Shown here: one piece after another, positions 17,131 to 26,523 of the stretch | Layout of the letters: each line of letters starts with the position of its first letter | How positions within the stretch are numbered: position 1 is the stretch's first letter | Origin: an uncultured Prevotellaceae bacterium | GTDB lineage: Bacteria; Bacteroidota; Bacteroidia; Bacteroidales; Bacteroidaceae | Length of the DNA stretch: 64,000 nucleotides | Assembly (NCBI GenBank): GCA_900320565.1 | Contig: ONSR01000004.1 | Location: 9,647 to 73,646 of the forward strand | Direction of reading: 5' to 3' | The notes under the pieces: model-generated | What the model saw: the letters and a program-made list of their open reading frames with translations, nothing else | Database searches by the model: none | What the model was told of the DNA's origin: nothing | Position numbers and translations under genes: made by a program

Positions 17131-19812
17131 TTATGCTGTGAGAAGCTCGATGAGTTTCTCGACGGCAGCATGTATGCCATCGGTGTTCTTGCCACCAGCT
17201 GTGGCGAAGTGAGGCTGGCCGCCGCCACCGCCTTGCATCAGTTGAGCAGCCTCGCGAATGTTCTTGCCGACGTTCACACCTGCTGCGACGGCACTATCCG
17301 AAGCTGCCGCCGTGAGCAAAGGCTTGCCGCCAGCAACGGAACCAATCACTACGATACTGTTCTCCACCTCTGCCCGGAGTTGGAAGGCAATGTCCTTAAC
17401 GAACTCCGGACCAAGTGGTGTGATAGCCTTCAAGACCTTGAAGCCGTTCACTTCCGTCTGCTTGGAGAGTATCTCTTTCTTGAGTTCAGCAGCCCTTTCG
17501 TGCATGATGTCTTCCACTTGCTTCTTGAGGTCAGCATTATCGTTGATGGCCTTCTGGATAGTTCCAACCAAGTCGGGAGCGTTATTGAAGAGCCCTCGCA
17601 GACCCGTTATCATGTCCTGCAACTTGTCCATCTGCTCTTCGACTGCCTTACCTGTTATGGCTTCGATACGACGCACACCTGCAGCCACACTGCTTTCCGA
17701 CATGATGCGAACCATACCGATGCAGCCTGTACTGCTTGCATGACAACCGCCGCAGAACTCGACACTCGTGCCGAACTGGATGACGCGCACCTTGTCGCCG
17801 TACTTCTCTCCGAAGAGGGCGATAGCGCCCAGCTTCTTGGCTTCCTCAATCGGCGTATCGCGATATTCCTGAAGAGGCAGGTTCTGACGGATGCGCTCAT
17901 TCACGAGGTGCTCCACCTCACGCAGCTGTTCGGGCGTCACCTTCTCGAAGTGAGAGAAGTCGAAGCGCAGGTAGTCGGGCGTCACAAGCGAGCCTTTCTG
18001 CTCCACATGGTCGCCGAGAACCTCCTTGAGGGCTTGGTCGAGGAGGTGCGTACAAGTGTGGTTGGCCTCGATAGCACGGCGACGCTCCACATCCACGCAA
18101 GCCATGAACTCGGCTTCAGGATTGCTTGGGATGCGCTCCAGCAAGTGAACACTTACGCCATTCTCTTTCTTGGTGTCAATCACCTTGATGGTCTCCTGCT
18201 CATTACAGATGACGCCTGAGTCGCCAACCTCGCCACCCATCTCTCCGTAGAAAGGAGTCTGGTCGAAGATTGCCTCGTAAACGACGCCTTTCTTCTGCTT
18301 CACCTCACGATACTTGACGATGTGGCAAGTGTATTCCGTGTAGTCGTAACCGACGAACTTCTGTTCTGATTGACCATTGACCATTGACGATTGACCATTA
18401 TTTTCTTCGGTGCCGGAATGGTCAATGGTCAATGATGAATGGTCAATGATGTGCCAATCGCCTGCCTCAACCTGGGCGGCATTGCGAGCACGCTCTTTCT
18501 GCTTCTGCATCTCAACGTTGAAGCCAGCCTCATCGACCGTTAGACCATTCTCGCGACAGATAAGTTCGGTGAGGTCCAAGGGGAAGCCATAGGTATCGAA
18601 AAGCGTGAAGGCTTTCTCGCCGGCAATCTCTGTCTTGCCTGCTGCCTTTGCCTCCTTCATCACACCATCCAGCAGTTTGATGCCTGTTTCGAGTGTGCGG
18701 AGGAAACTCTCTTCCTCTTCCTTCATCACTTTCGTAATGAGTTCCTTCTGACCTTCAAGTTCCGGATAGGTTGCTCCCATCTCCTGAATCAGGACGGGCA
18801 GCAGGCGGTAGATGAAGGCCTGCTTCTGTCCGAGGAAGGTATAGGCGTAGCGTACGGCGCGACGCAGAATGCGACGGATGACATAGCCGGCTTTTGCGTT
18901 GCCAGGAAGTTGACCGTCTGCGATGCTGAAAGCAATGGTGCGAAGATGGTCGGCCACTACTCTCATAGCCACATCGATGTCCTCCTTCTCGCCATAACGG
19001 AAGCCGCTGAGGTCGCCGATGGCTTTGATGATGGGCTGGAAGACGTCGGTATCGTAGTTGGACTGCTTGCCCTGAATGGCGCGAACCAAGCGTTCGAAGC
19101 CCATGCCGGTGTCGATAACGTTCATTCCAAGCGGTTCGAGATGTCCATCAGCCTTGCGCTCGTACTGCATGAAGACGATGTTCCAGATCTCGATAACCTG
19201 CGGGTCGTCCTTGTTGACGAGTTCGCGGCCAGGCACTTTAGCCTTTTCCTCAGCCGAACGACTATCGAGATGAATCTCCGAGCAAGGTCCGCAAGGACCT
19301 GTGTCGCCCATTTCCCAGAAGTTATCATGCTTGTTGCCGTTGATGATGTGGTCGGCCGGAACGTGCTTCAGCCAGTAGCCTGCAGCCTCATCATCGCGGA
19401 CAAGATTCTCTTCAGGACTGCCCTCGAAGACCGTCACATAGAGGTCCTTCGGGTCGAGCTTCAGCACATCAACGAGGTATTCCCACGCCATATCGATGGC
19501 TCCCTCCTTGAAATAGTCGCCGAACGACCAGTTGCCGAGCATCTCGAACATCGTGTGGTGATAGGTATCATGCCCGACTTCTTCCAGATCATTATGCTTT
19601 CCGCTGACACGCAGACACTTTTGGCTGTCCGCACGTCGGCGGGGTTCCGGGTCGCGAGTGCCAAGGATGATGTCCTTCCACTGGTTCATGCCGGCATTGG
19701 TAAACATCAGGGTCGGGTCATCCTTCACTACCATCGGGGCAGACGGAACAATCTTATGACCCTTCGACTCGAAGTACTTAAGGAACGAGTCGCGTATCTC
19801 ATTTGCTGTCAT
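17131..19812 (-). CDS. alaS: alanine--tRNA ligase
   Basis: [27 protein letters not shown] and the HTCTHLL editing motif. The first track ATG (19827) lies in a heptamer arm, so the second ATG is preferred. Confidence 0.95.
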   Translation of the reverse strand: MTANEIRDSFLKYFESKGHKIVPSAPMVVKDDPTLMFTNAGMNQWKDIILGTRDPEPRRRADSQKCLRVSGKHNDLEEVGHDTYHHTMFEMLGNWSFGDYFKEGAIDMAWEYLVDVLKLDPKDLYVTVFEGSPEENLVRDDEAAGYWLKHVPADHIINGNKHDNFWEMGDTGPCGPCSEIHLDSRSAEEKAKVPGRELVNKDDPQVIEIWNIVFMQYERKADGHLEPLGMNVIDTGMGFERLVRAIQGKQSNYDTDVFQPIIKAIGDLSGFRYGEKEDIDVAMRVVADHLRTIAFSIADGQLPGNAKAGYVIRRILRRAVRYAYTFLGQKQAFIYRLLPVLIQEMGATYPELEGQKELITKVMKEEEESFLRTLETGIKLLDGVMKEAKAAGKTEIAGEKAFTLFDTYGFPLDLTELICRENGLTVDEAGFNVEMQKQKERARNAAQVEAGDWHIIDHSSLTIDHSGTEENNGQSSMVNGQSEQKFVGYDYTEYTCHIVKYREVKQKKGVVYEAIFDQTPFYGEMGGEVGDSGVICNEQETIKVIDTKKENGVSVHLLERIPSNPEAEFMACVDVERRRAIEANHTCTHLLDQALKEVLGDHVEQKGSLVTPDYLRFDFSHFEKVTPEQLREVEHLVNERIRQNLPLQEYRDTPIEEAKKLGAIALFGEKYGDKVRVIQFGTSVEFCGGCHASSTGCIGMVRIMSESSVAAGVRRIEAITGKAVEEQMDKLQDMITGLRGLFNNAPDLVGTIQKAINDNADLKKQVEDIMHERAAELKKEILSKQTEVNGFKVLKAITPLGPEFVKDIAFQLRAEVENSIVVIGSVAGGKPLLTAAASDSAVAAGVNVGKNIREAAQLMQGGGGGQPHFATAGGKNTDGIHAAVEKLIELLTA
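18369..18450. repeat. inverted heptamer arms (attgacc)n / (aatggtc)n inside alaS
   Basis: Arms at 18369-18399 and 18417-18450, separated by a 17-nt spacer. Confidence 0.9.
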
Positions 19813-19820
19813 AGTTCTAT

Positions 19821-19855
19821 AATTCATAATTCACAATTCATAATTCATAATCATT
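19821..19855. repeat. heptamer arm (aattcat)x5, left flank of the alaS/merR promoter region
   Basis: aattcat aattcac aattcat aattcat aatcatt. Confidence 0.9.
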
Positions 19856-19876
19856 CAATACGCATGAAAATGCGTG

Positions 19877-19884
19877 CAAATGTA
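19877..19884 (-). promoter_or_regulatory. -7 box TAcaTTTG (alaS)
   Basis: Reverse complement of caaatgta, upstream of the alaS start. Confidence 0.55.
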
Positions 19885-19937
19885 CGAAATATTTATGAAT
19901 TATGTGCTATGATTTGTAATTTAAGAATTATTTTTTG

Positions 19938-19945
19938 TATTTTTG
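19938..19945 (+). promoter_or_regulatory. -7 box TAttTTTG (merR-like gene)
   Basis: tatttttg lies 46 nt upstream of the ATG at 19992. Confidence 0.5.
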
Positions 19946-19951
19946 CAACAG

Positions 19952-19984
19952 AATTATGCATTATGAATTATAAATTATGAATTG
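19952..19984. repeat. heptamer arm (atgaatt)-type, right flank, inverted relative to 19821-19855
   Basis: aattatg cattatg aattata aattatg aatt. Confidence 0.9.
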
Positions 19985-19991
19985 ATTTAGT

Positions 19992-20336
19992 ATGGCATAC
20001 AATCCGAACAAAGACCTCAAGAAATTCTACGGCATAGCAGAAGTGGCCGAACAATTCAACGTGGCTGAGTCGTTGTTGCGCTTTTGGGAGAAAGAGTTCC
20101 CCAACATCAAGCCCCGCAAGAGCGGCAGAGGCGTGCGTATGTACACAAAGGAGGACATCGAGGAGGTGCGCCTCGTCTATAACCTGCTCAAGGTGCGCGG
20201 CATGAAGATTGCGGCTGCGAAGCAAGTCCTTAGCAAGAACAAGAAGGCAGCAAACGACACTTCCGAAATCATCAACCGTCTGCAATCCATCAAGACAGAG
20301 TTGCTGGAAATCAGCCGCGAACTGAAGGAACTCTAG
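19992..20336 (+). CDS. MerR family transcriptional regulator
   Basis: YGIAEVAEQFNVAESLLRFWEKEF...VRMYTKEDIEEV helix-turn-helix pattern. Confidence 0.8.
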   Translation: MAYNPNKDLKKFYGIAEVAEQFNVAESLLRFWEKEFPNIKPRKSGRGVRMYTKEDIEEVRLVYNLLKVRGMKIAAAKQVLSKNKKAANDTSEIINRLQSIKTELLEISRELKEL

Positions 20337-20341
20337 ACGCC

Positions 20342-20433
20342 CCCAGTTAAGTTGCCAAAGATAGCGTGTTAAGTTTGCAAAGATGGCACGTTAAGTTTGC
20401 AAAGATGGCACGTTAAGTTTGCAAGGATGGCGT
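20342..20433. repeat. 22-bp phased array, GCACG family (about 4 units)
   Basis: ...gcgtgttaagtttgcaaagatg / gcacgttaagtttgcaaagatg / gcacgttaagtttgcaaggatg. Confidence 0.9.
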
Positions 20434-20472
20434 GGGGCGTTTGACAACCATGCTGCACACGTCTTAAACAAT

Positions 20473-20501
20473 AAAAAGCGAAGCCTTTCGACTTCGCTTT
20501 T
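20473..20501 (-). terminator. terminator of tRNA-Val
   Basis: On the minus strand, hairpin aagcgaag...cttcgctt followed by TTTTT. Confidence 0.65.
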
Positions 20502-20505
20502 CTTG

Positions 20506-20580
20506 TGGGCGCTGAGGGATTCGAACCCCCGACCCTCTGCTTGTAAGGCAGACGCTCTGAACCAGCTGAGCTAAGCGCCC
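20506..20580 (-). tRNA. tRNA-Val (anticodon TAC)
   Basis: The reverse complement GGGCGCTTAGCTCAGCTGGTTCAGAGCGTCTGCCTTACAAGCAGAGGGTCGGGGGTTCGAATCCCTCAGCGCCCA folds as a cloverleaf. Anticodon loop is CTTACAA. Confidence 0.95.
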
Positions 20581-20610
20581 AAATGAGGTCTCCTCATCAA
20601 AATTGCGGTG

Positions 20611-20618
20611 CAAAGGTA
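20611..20618 (-). promoter_or_regulatory. -7 box TAccTTTG (tRNA-Val)
   Basis: The reverse complement of caaaggta lies about 30 nt upstream of the tRNA 5' end. Confidence 0.55.
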
Positions 20619-20699
20619 CGACAATCCCGCGACACATGCAAGTTTTTCGCCAAAAAAGTTTAACAGAAAAGCACGAAGAGTTAATAAAAGCAGAATTTC

Positions 20700-20727
20700 T
20701 AAACTCTAAACTCTAAACTCTAAACTT
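20700..20727. repeat. heptamer array (taaactc)x4 abutting the DUF2723 promoter
   Basis: taaactc x3 then taaactt. The array ends 7 nt before the -7 box, as at pckA. Confidence 0.9.
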
Positions 20728-20734
20728 TTTTTCG

Positions 20735-20742
20735 TACCTTTG
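20735..20742 (+). promoter_or_regulatory. -7 box TAccTTTG (DUF2723 gene)
   Basis: Same geometry as the pckA promoter: a (taaactc)n array ends 7 nt before the box. Confidence 0.6.
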
Positions 20743-20780
20743 CACGGAATTTACATACCTTATATATATAAGTACACGAA

Positions 20781-23700
20781 ATGAAGCATTTCAGACTAGT
20801 TGACAACCTGATGGGGTGGCTCACTTTCGCCATCGCTGCCTACGTCTATTGCAGCACGGTGGAACCTACCGCAAGCTTCTGGGACTGCCCCGAGTTCATA
20901 ACAACTGCTTACAAGCTTGAAGTCGGTCACCCACCTGGGGCACCTTTCTTCATGCTCACAGCCAACCTGTTCACCCAATTTGTGAGCGACCCCACGAAAG
21001 TCGCGCTGATGGTCAATATGATGAGTGCCCTCTTCAGCGCCGCTTGCATCATGTTCCTCTTCTGGAGCATCAGTCATCTGGTTCGCAAGCTGGTTGGGGA
21101 GAACGGAAGGGTGCAGAATCTGGCTCAACTCATCACGGTCGAGGCAAGCGCCCTGACTGGAGCCCTCGTCTATACCTTCAGCGACACCTTCTGGTTCAGC
21201 GCAGTAGAAGGTGAGGTTTATGCCTACAGTAGCCTCTTCACGGCTGTCGTTTTCTGGTTGATGCTCAAGTGGGAAGACCACGCCGACGAGCCTGGAAGTG
21301 ACCGTTGGCTCATCTTCATCGCTTATCTGACCGGCCTGAGCATCGGCGTTCACCTGCTGAACTTGCTCTGTCTGCCAGCCCTCGTGCTCATCTTCTACTA
21401 TCGGAAAGTGAAGAATGCCACAATGAAGGGAGCCATGTTGTCGTTGGTAGGCAGTGGAGTCCTCATTGCAGCTGTGCTCTACGGCATCGTTCCTGGTATC
21501 GTTAAGGTTGGCGGATGGTTCGAACTCCTCTTTGTGAACAAACTGAGCATGCCTTTCAATACAGGCGTCATCGTGTATATCGCCCTGCTTGTCGGCATTG
21601 TGCTTTGGAGCATTTGGGAGACTATCAAGCAGAAGAGCCGCATCCGCATGAACGTCTCATACCTGTTGAGCGTCGGCATGCTGGGCATCCCGTTCTACGG
21701 CTACGGCTGGCCAAGCATCGTATGCGGCATTATCGTGCTCGCACTCCTCTATGCCGCTCTTGGTTGGAAGAAAGAGGGCAAGCCCCTCGTCTCAGCACGT
21801 CTGATGAACACATCGCTGCTCTGCATGCTCATGATCATGATTGGCTACAGCTCGTACGCCGTGATTGTCATCCGTAGCTCTGCTAACACACCGATGGATC
21901 AGAACTCGCCCGAGGACATCTTCACCTTGGGAACTTACCTCAGTCGAGAGCAATACGGCGACCGTCCCCTACTCTACGGCCCCGCCTACACCAGCCAAGT
22001 GCTGCTCAAGCCCGACGGCAACTACTGTGTTCCTGTCAGCAAGCAAGGTGCTCCCGTCTATCAAAGGAAGGAGAAGCAGACACCCGACGAGCCCGACCGC
22101 TACGAGGTGCAACGCTACAAGACCGACTATGTCTATCAGCAGAACATGCTCTTCCCTCGTATGTATAGCGACCAGCATGCTGGAGCTTACGAGAGCTGGA
22201 TGGGTGGTGTGAAAGGCACCGTCAAGTCATACGAAAGGTGTGGCGAGATGGTTCAAATCAAGACACCGACCCAACTCGAGAACCTCCGCTTCTTCCTCAG
22301 CTATCAGGTCAACTTCATGTATTGGCGCTACTTCATGTGGAACTTTGCAGGAAGGCAGAACGACCTGCAGGGAAATGGCGAATGGGAACACGGCAACTGG
22401 ATTAGCGGCATTCCCTTCATCGACAATATGCGACTGGGAGATCAGAGCAAGCTGCCAAGCGAACTCCGCGAGAACAAAGGTCACAACGTCTTCTATTGCC
22501 TGCCACTCTTGCTCGGCCTCATCGGTCTGTTGTGGCAGCTCTTCAAGAACGACGAGAAGAATCAAGGCGAAGGCGAGAAGCAATTCGGTATCGTCTTCTT
22601 CCTCTTCTTCATGACCGGCCTCGCAATCGTGCTGTACCTCAACCAAACGCCCATGCAGCCTCGTGAACGCGACTATGCCTACGCCGGCTCGTTCTACGCA
22701 TATTCCATTTGGGTAGGACTCGGTGTGGCAGGTATCGCATACTACCTGCAGAAGCTTCTCAGGAACGAGATGGCCTGCGCAATACTCAGTCTGCTTTGCA
22801 TCCTCGTGCCCATCCAGATGGCAGGACAAACGTGGGACGACCACGATCGCAGTGGACGTTACACCTGCAGAGACTTCGGCCGCAACTATCTCGAATCGCT
22901 GTCTAAGGGCGACTTCCCCATCATCTATACGAACGGCGACAACGATACCTTCCCTCTTTGGTACGCACAGGAGACAGAAGGCTTCCGCACAGATGCCCGT
23001 GTCTGCAACCTCTCGTACCTGCAGACCGACTGGTACATCGACCAGATGAAGCGTCCTGCTTACGACTCACCTGCTGTTCCCATCAATTGGAGCCGCTTGC
23101 AATATGTGGCAGGCACAAGAGAAGGTGTCAGCGTTCGACCCGGAACCTTGGAACGACTCATCGAATCCTACAAGGACGACCCAGAGACGCTTCATAACAT
23201 CCTTGGCGACGACCCACACGAGCTCTCGAGCATCATGGAGAACTGGATACTTAGCGACAATCCCGAACTGCGCTTCATCCCCACAGACAGCATCGTCTTC
23301 ACCATTGACAAGGAGGCTGTGCGTCGCAGCGGAATGATGATGGCTGGCGACAGCATCCCAGATAAGATGCACATCAACCTCAAGGGAAAACGTGCCGTCT
23401 ATAAGAGCGAACTCATGATGTACGAGATGATTCTGCGATGCAACTGGGAGAGACCTATCTACATGGCTATGACTGTCGGCTCCGAGAACAAGGCAACCGT
23501 TCAGGACTACTTCGTTCAGGAAGGTCTCGCTTATCGCATCACGCCCTTCAACACAAGGAAGAGCGGCAAGGACATCGACACAGATAAGATGTACGAGAAC
23601 CTGATGACGCGCTTCTCCTTTGGCGGTGTTGACCAGCCGGGACTCTATCTCGACGAGACCGTAATGCGTATGTGCAACACACATCGCCGCATCTTCTCGC

Positions 23701-24158
23701 AACTGGCTTCAAGGCTGGTTCAGGAAGGCAAGCTCGACAAGGCCGAGAAGGTTGTGGAGAAGGCCGAGAAGGTCATTCCTCCGACATCTGTGCCTCACAG
23801 CTACAGCGGCGGCTCTCTTGAGTTGGCTCGTGTATGGAACGCTGTAGGCAAGAAGAAAGAAGCTTGCGACATCGCCTATCCCGTTGCCATTCAAGCCTCA
23901 GAGTATCTGGAGTGGTACATGAGTCTGCCTGGCAAGATGCTTCTGCTCAGCGAGAAGGATTGCATGTACTACCTCTATCAGATGCATGCCGCCCTGAGCA
24001 TCATGGAGAGTGCCGGCAGCGACAAGACGATGGAACTCGCCAAGAAGCTCGATCTCTACAACCAGATGCTTCAAGGCCGCCTCTATGGCAGTGTGGGCAT
24101 GGATGCAACTGAGGAGGAAGCTGAAGAGGAAGAAGTTTACGAGGACGACACACTATAA
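20781..24158 (+). CDS. DUF2723 (GT117-like) large membrane protein
   Basis: N-terminal TASFWDCPEFITTAYKLEVGHPPGAPFF is typical of DUF2723. Many transmembrane segments. 1125 aa. Confidence 0.8.
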   Translation: MKHFRLVDNLMGWLTFAIAAYVYCSTVEPTASFWDCPEFITTAYKLEVGHPPGAPFFMLTANLFTQFVSDPTKVALMVNMMSALFSAACIMFLFWSISHLVRKLVGENGRVQNLAQLITVEASALTGALVYTFSDTFWFSAVEGEVYAYSSLFTAVVFWLMLKWEDHADEPGSDRWLIFIAYLTGLSIGVHLLNLLCLPALVLIFYYRKVKNATMKGAMLSLVGSGVLIAAVLYGIVPGIVKVGGWFELLFVNKLSMPFNTGVIVYIALLVGIVLWSIWETIKQKSRIRMNVSYLLSVGMLGIPFYGYGWPSIVCGIIVLALLYAALGWKKEGKPLVSARLMNTSLLCMLMIMIGYSSYAVIVIRSSANTPMDQNSPEDIFTLGTYLSREQYGDRPLLYGPAYTSQVLLKPDGNYCVPVSKQGAPVYQRKEKQTPDEPDRYEVQRYKTDYVYQQNMLFPRMYSDQHAGAYESWMGGVKGTVKSYERCGEMVQIKTPTQLENLRFFLSYQVNFMYWRYFMWNFAGRQNDLQGNGEWEHGNWISGIPFIDNMRLGDQSKLPSELRENKGHNVFYCLPLLLGLIGLLWQLFKNDEKNQGEGEKQFGIVFFLFFMTGLAIVLYLNQTPMQPRERDYAYAGSFYAYSIWVGLGVAGIAYYLQKLLRNEMACAILSLLCILVPIQMAGQTWDDHDRSGRYTCRDFGRNYLESLSKGDFPIIYTNGDNDTFPLWYAQETEGFRTDARVCNLSYLQTDWYIDQMKRPAYDSPAVPINWSRLQYVAGTREGVSVRPGTLERLIESYKDDPETLHNILGDDPHELSSIMENWILSDNPELRFIPTDSIVFTIDKEAVRRSGMMMAGDSIPDKMHINLKGKRAVYKSELMMYEMILRCNWERPIYMAMTVGSENKATVQDYFVQEGLAYRITPFNTRKSGKDIDTDKMYENLMTRFSFGGVDQPGLYLDETVMRMCNTHRRIFSQLASRLVQEGKLDKAEKVVEKAEKVIPPTSVPHSYSGGSLELARVWNAVGKKKEACDIAYPVAIQASEYLEWYMSLPGKMLLLSEKDCMYYLYQMHAALSIMESAGSDKTMELAKKLDLYNQMLQGRLYGSVGMDATEEEAEEEEVYEDDTL

Positions 24159-24189
24159 ACAGTATATCGTCACATAGTAACTAGGTATC

Positions 24190-24807
24190 GTGTTCATCGA
24201 GCAGCCTCCACGCATCTTCCGTTGGTTCTATCCCCACGCTTTGTGGCGGATAGACCCGCACAGGAAGGCTGTCTATCTTACCTTCGACGATGGTCCTATC
24301 CCCGAGGCTACACCATTCATCCTCGACACCCTGGACCGCTTCGAAGCAAAGGCAACCTTCTTCATGGTGGGTGACAATGCTGCCAAGTACCCGCATCTGT
24401 TCGAGGAGGTTCGCCTTCGTGGACACGCAATAGGCAACCATACCTACAACCACATCTCAGGCTTCCGCCACCGTCCCTGGACTTACCTTGCCAACATCAA
24501 GAAGGCCAACGACATCTTCCACACCAACCTCTTCCGACCTCCACACGGCTGGATCGGGATGGTGCAATATCGTGTCCTGCGATACATCGGCATAAAAGTC
24601 GTGATGTGGGACGTAGTGACACGCGACTACAGCCGCCTTCTAACTGCCGACGATGTTGTGAACAACGTGAAACGCTACACCCGAAACGGCAGCATCATCA
24701 CGCTTCACGACTCGCTCAAGAGCATCGACAAACTCAAACATGCCTTGCCAGAGATACTCGCTTGGCTGAAACAAGAAGGATATGAGTTCGGCATCATTGA
24801 ACAGTAA
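24190..24807 (+). CDS. polysaccharide deacetylase (NodB homology) family protein
   Basis: LTFDDGP motif and HTYNH. GTG start. Confidence 0.75.
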   Translation: MFIEQPPRIFRWFYPHALWRIDPHRKAVYLTFDDGPIPEATPFILDTLDRFEAKATFFMVGDNAAKYPHLFEEVRLRGHAIGNHTYNHISGFRHRPWTYLANIKKANDIFHTNLFRPPHGWIGMVQYRVLRYIGIKVVMWDVVTRDYSRLLTADDVVNNVKRYTRNGSIITLHDSLKSIDKLKHALPEILAWLKQEGYEFGIIEQ

Positions 24808-25681
24808 CGACATCAAAGCCCAGGCCTTGCGCTTGGGTTTTGTCGCTTGTGGACTGGCTAAGGCAGAGCCCGTTGCCGAGAGCTTTGCCCGTCGCTACCA
24901 GCATTGGCTCGACCTCGATTACTGTGGCGAGATGGATTACATGCGGCGTAATGTCGAGATGCGACTCCAGCCCGACCTCCTTGTGCCTGGCGTAAAGACC
25001 ATCGTAAGCATCGCCATGAACTTCATGCCCGAGAAGGCCCAGCCCGCCATCAGCCTTTATGCGCAAGGCAAAGACTATCACGATGTGATGAAACAAAGGA
25101 TGCAGGAACTCATGCAGGCTTGCAATCTCGAGGGCCGATGCTTTGTCGATACGGCACCCGTGCTGGAGCGTTATTGGGCCTGGAAGAGCGGCATCGGAAT
25201 CGTCACACAAAGCGGCTTGATTGCTGTGCCGGGTTATGGCCCGACAGTCTTCCTCGGAGAGCTTTTCCTGACTGCCGAAGCCGACCATTATGACCAGCCT
25301 CTCCCCAACTCCATGCCAGAAGAAATCGGCTGGACGAAAGTCTGTCCAGCCCTTACTCCCGAGGGGCTCGATGCACGTCTTTGTATCAGCTATCAGACCA
25401 TCGAGCATCGCGGGCCTTTGCCCGAAGAGTTAGAACTGAAGCGCACCTTCTATGGCTGCGACCGTTGCCTGCGTGCCACACCTCAATTCGCTGAGTCTCA
25501 GCCAACTACAGAGCAAGCCTTCCAACCCTCCGAAGCCTTGCAGAAGATGACAGCCGACGATTGGGAAAGCCTCACGGAAGAGCAGTACCGAACCCTCTTC
25601 AAAGGCTCAGCCGTCAAGCGAGCCAAGTTCGACGGCCTGAAGCGCAACATCGAACGATGGCTCAAACAACTTAAACCTTGA
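24782..25681 (+). CDS. queG: epoxyqueuosine reductase homolog with degenerate Fe-S motifs
   Basis: N-terminal LGFVACG, DARLCISYQTIE, YGCDRC and LFKGSAVKRAKFDGLKRNI are QueG-like. Several canonical cysteines are absent. Confidence 0.7.
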   Translation: MSSASLNSNDIKAQALRLGFVACGLAKAEPVAESFARRYQHWLDLDYCGEMDYMRRNVEMRLQPDLLVPGVKTIVSIAMNFMPEKAQPAISLYAQGKDYHDVMKQRMQELMQACNLEGRCFVDTAPVLERYWAWKSGIGIVTQSGLIAVPGYGPTVFLGELFLTAEADHYDQPLPNSMPEEIGWTKVCPALTPEGLDARLCISYQTIEHRGPLPEELELKRTFYGCDRCLRATPQFAESQPTTEQAFQPSEALQKMTADDWESLTEEQYRTLFKGSAVKRAKFDGLKRNIERWLKQLKP

Positions 25682-25691
25682 AAACATAACA

Positions 25692-25780
25692 CAGTACCTC
25701 GTCAGTACCACCACGGGGAAACTCCAGTACCACCGTAGGGAAACTCCAGTACCACCGTGGGAGTACTGGAGTTCCCCTAT
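25692..25780. repeat. 22-bp phased array, CAGTACCACC family
   Basis: cagtaccaccacggggaaactc / cagtaccaccgtagggaaactc / cagtaccaccgtgggagtactg, plus half units at both ends. Confidence 0.9.
25738..25776. terminator. hairpin between convergent queG and PHP genes
   Basis: gggaaactccagtac ... gtactggagttccc, a 14-bp stem formed by the last units of a 22-bp array. Confidence 0.55.
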
Positions 25781-25806
25781 AGTAAAATTTTAAAAGGACT
25801 GAGCCA

Positions 25807-26523
25807 TCATGCTCCAATATACGATAGGAAGCGGGCTGGGAAGTAGTTCATGATGAGCTCGTCGGGGAACTCTGTCTCCTGCAGCAACGGCCAGATGAAG
25901 CTGTAGTCGGCTATGGCGTAACTGATGTGGGCGTCGCTGCTCAGCACGACTGGCACTTCGTAACGCTTGCAAAGGCGCAGTATCTCGAGGTTGTTCCTGA
26001 GGGCCGTCTCCTTGTTTCGATTGGGATTCAGGCTGCTGTTGTTTATCTCGAGCAAGGTTTTCGACTCTTTTGCTGCCAGGACAATCGGCTCGAACAGGAG
26101 TTCTGCGGTGCCGTCGCCAGGATGCGAGATGATTTGCGTCCACGGATTACGGATAGCGTTTATCATGCCTTGGGTGTTCTCCTCAACGGTGCCGCCTTCC
26201 CAGCAGAGCAGATGAATGCCTGCGATACGGATATCGAGCATCTTGTAGTAATATTCATCGAGGTCGAGCGTGCCCTTTGTATCAAGAATGTTCAGCTCGG
26301 CTCCAAGCAGGAGACGCAGGTTTCCAAACCGTCGGGGCACCACATGCAGGTTGCGGAAATAGATGGGATTGCACGTTCCGGGAATGCCTGGAGCATGTTC
26401 CGTGATGCCAAGAATATCGAGGTTCTTTTGCTGAGCTGCTGCCACCATTTCCTGCAAGGAGCTGTAGGCGTGACCGCTCATTACGGTGTGGGTGTGGACG
26501 TCAAGTTTCAATTCATGTTTCAT
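25807..26523 (-). CDS. PHP-domain phosphatase (YcdX-like)
   Basis: LDVHTHTVMSGHAYS metal-binding start. ATGA overlap with the upstream gene. Confidence 0.75.
   Translation of the reverse strand: MKHELKLDVHTHTVMSGHAYSSLQEMVAAAQQKNLDILGITEHAPGIPGTCNPIYFRNLHVVPRRFGNLRLLLGAELNILDTKGTLDLDEYYYKMLDIRIAGIHLLCWEGGTVEENTQGMINAIRNPWTQIISHPGDGTAELLFEPIVLAAKESKTLLEINNSSLNPNRNKETALRNNLEILRLCKRYEVPVVLSSDAHISYAIADYSFIWPLLQETEFPDELIMNYFPARFLSYIGA

Noticed and set aside
18369-18450. Whether the in-frame insertions in alaS, queA, rfbD, the rluA-family gene and the helicase are inteins, introns or a sign of pseudogenisation.
   Set aside because: They are far too short (about 25-35 codons) for inteins and lack the splice-junction residues. 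They have no group I/II intron structure. The host reading frames stay open, with conserved blocks on both sides, so pseudogenes are unlikely.
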